From the NCBI RefSeq assembly GCF_006345805.1, contig NC_042998.1, forward strand, positions 151,218,001 to 151,282,000: a stretch of 64,000 nt of DNA. Direction: 5' to 3'. This DNA is from Octopus sinensis (taxonomy: Eukaryota). A model generated the notes under the pieces. It did not search any database. It worked only from the letters and a program-made list of their open reading frames with translations, and had not been told where the DNA came from. Numbering within the stretch: the first letter of the stretch is position 1; each line of letters starts with the position of its first letter. Of this stretch, positions 61,720 to 64,000 are shown piece after piece. A program made the translations under genes and the position numbers.

Positions 61720-64000
61720 AACTATGTCCGGAGGTAAATCTATCAACAAAAAAATACAGACGAATACAGATCTGCTAGCCTTAAGAAATTACGCTCCGAG
61801 TGATGTTTACATTCAGAGGCGGTATCGTCGCAAAAACTTAACCCTAAACTGACAGATCCGACTCCTAATGTAAGAGCCGAAGCTCGTCATGCCTCACTGT
61901 CAATAAAACAAATTACAAACCGCAAAGGTCATCGATCGGTTTACAAAAGACCACAAACCCAAACATTGAACCAAATTCTGATTGAAAAATCAGCTACTGG
62001 TTCAAATCTTCCCGACACACAGGAGCTGGACGTACCCCACAACCGGAATATTCCAACAGATGGCCATCCATGCCCGTCATCAAATAACCAAAAGAAAAAG
62101 AATGAAAAAATGGTCTAGGGAAGATAATAAGGAAGTTCTTATGGCCTTCTACCATGCCATATATTTCCCCACAGATAAATCTAACACTGTACAAACCTAC
62201 ATAAACTGGAAACAGAAACACCCTTATGTAAGACCCTACATAGACAGTAACAAACTTGCCAACGTCAGAAGAAACATTATAAAAAAAAAATTACTGATTG
62301 AAGTAGAGATTGACCAAATCAAACAAGCAGTAACGGATAAAAACAACGAAGCCGCAGCTAAAGAAGATAATACAGAGGAAATAATTATAGACCAGCCCAG
62401 GGCTGATAAAAACGCAGTAAGGATTGAAAGAGTTAGTATAACTGATAGGCAAAGTGAAATACTCACTGAACCAATCATAAACACTAAGGCAAATGAACAT
62501 CAAATAGAAGAAAGTCACACAAATATTGACCCAACTGAACTACATGAATTAAAGAATCAAATCATGATTGAATGGCTGAAAATTAAAGAAACCAGTATGG
62601 ATGAACGCGATACACACCCTAAAATCCGCAATTCTAACCAAGACATGAAAATAATTGGTAAAATCCGCCTTGCACTTAAGGATATAATTTCAGCTAATGA
62701 TGTTAATATCACAGATCTCAACCACCTGTACTATGCATCCGCGAAAATCTCAAAGATTCTATGTGGTGAAAAGATTAGAAAACGGCAACAATCCCACAAA
62801 AAGCCTTCTTGGCAAGAGCGTATCCAACATCAAATTAAACTACTTAGGTCTGACATTGAATGTTTGAAAAACCTTAAGGTTGGCAAGACAACCAAACCTA
62901 CAAAAACCCCAAAATTAAAGAAAAAATATAATGAAATTGATGCCACCATAGAAACCATCAAGCAAAAGGCATCTGCTAAAGCTACCCGCATAGCAAGGTA
63001 CGAAAAGCGTGTTAGATTCTTCAAATAACCCAAAAAAATTTTACAGGAAGATAGGGAAAACAGCAGTTACTGTAAAGTCTGTACCATCAAAAGAAGAAGA
63101 GCATGGTTTTTGGAATAAAATTTGGGCAGAAGAAAAAACACAACGAAAAGGCCCCTTGGATTGATAAAATAGCTACGGAGTTGTATTCCTAAGAAGAACA
63201 AAAGTGGGAGGGTTTCAAGGCAGAAGATGTAAGATCTGCTCTCAGGAGGTCAAGGAAAGGATAAAATTCCTAACTTCTGTTTGAATGCCTTCCCAGAGAG
63301 CCATGAACTGCTAACAGAACTTTACAATGATATTTTGCAACACCCTAGTAGGATGCCTGCTTGGCTAGTTAATGGTTTAACATTCTTGCTCCCAAAAAGT
63401 GAAGAAACAAATGAACCAAAAAACTATAGACCCATAACCTGCTTAACAACTATGTATAAAACGCTAACATCTGTCCGGACGGAATATACCTATAGTTTTT
63501 TAATAGACTGCAGCATATTCCCTGATGAACAGAAAGGATGTAAACGTGGATCCTATGGTTGTAAAGATCAGCTACTCATCAATAAGATGATCTTAGAAGA
63601 TTGTCACAAACGACACAAAAACTTATCAATAGCCTGGATAGACTATAAAAAGGCTTTTGATAGCCTACCACATAGCTGGATTAAGAAATGCCTGGAAATG
63701 TATAAAATAGCACCTACTCTGCGAAACTTCTTGTCTGTAAGTATGAGATCATGGAGAACCACACTAACTTTGAACAGTGACGATGAATCTCTAAATGTTG
63801 GTGATGTAAAAATTTCATGTGGCATTTTCCAGGGTGACTCACTATCACCACTCCTCTTTTGTTTAGTCATAATACCTCTCTCAAAATTGCTCAATGCTGC
63901 ACAGTATGGATATAAAATGTTGGATAAAAATATAAATCATCTCATTTACATGGATGATTTAAAGCTCTTTGCAAAAAATGACCAACAACTCAAGGGCTTA
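61720..64000 (+). mobile_element. R4/Dong-clade LINE D, 5' part including the N-terminal domain and RT, running off the window; same family as element A
   Basis: RMKKWSREDNKEVLMAFY..NWKQKHP..KLANVRRNIIKK (R4-type N-terminus); KNYRPITCL, QLLINKMIL, IAWIDYKKAFDS, GIFQGD, HLIYMDDLKLF. From about 63130 it mirrors 26830-27688. Confidence 0.93.

Noticed and set aside
61640-61980. Search for an HDV-like ribozyme at the 5' end of Dong D, and a possible splice acceptor at about 61666
   Set aside because: I could not build the nested P1-P4 pseudoknot by eye, and the element's 5' boundary is uncertain; this needs a descriptor search.

Overview
AT-rich eukaryotic non-coding DNA. The SINE families and microsatellite load look like a coleoid cephalopod, most likely Octopus (inferred, not database-verified). 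I can support no intact host protein-coding gene. Most ORFs in the supplied track are translations of di-, tri- and tetranucleotide microsatellites. The window is a dense transposon graveyard: at least six Penelope-like element (PLE) coding fragments (RT and/or GIY-YIG), five R4/Dong-type RLE-LINE pieces, two Tx1/L1-type LINE pieces, two CR1-type 3' ends, Tc1, maT/mariner and pogo relics, a hAT MITE and about a dozen tRNA-derived SINE copies. The structure worth following up is mostly RNA-level and insertion-level. (1) Several hammerhead-ribozyme (HHR) motifs sit in short microsatellite-flanked PLE-type termini. They include a near-intact type I HHR at 58601-58657 (-), a family with a recurrent core change at position 6, and a 146-bp tandem repeat carrying a split HHR. 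(2) A (TAA)n tract at 24.6-31.3 kb has been hit repeatedly, in one orientation, by Dong-like LINEs and a non-coding companion element. (3) Consensus splice donor and acceptor sites lie in the 63-nt spacer between ORF1 and ORF2 of a Tx1-like LINE. (4) A SINE shares its tail with a neighbouring CR1-type LINE and carries an internal microsatellite. (5) There are several inverted or tandem duplications, some of which may be assembly artefacts. PLE-associated HHRs and Dong targeting of TAA repeats are known phenomena in general; any novelty lies in the specific variants.
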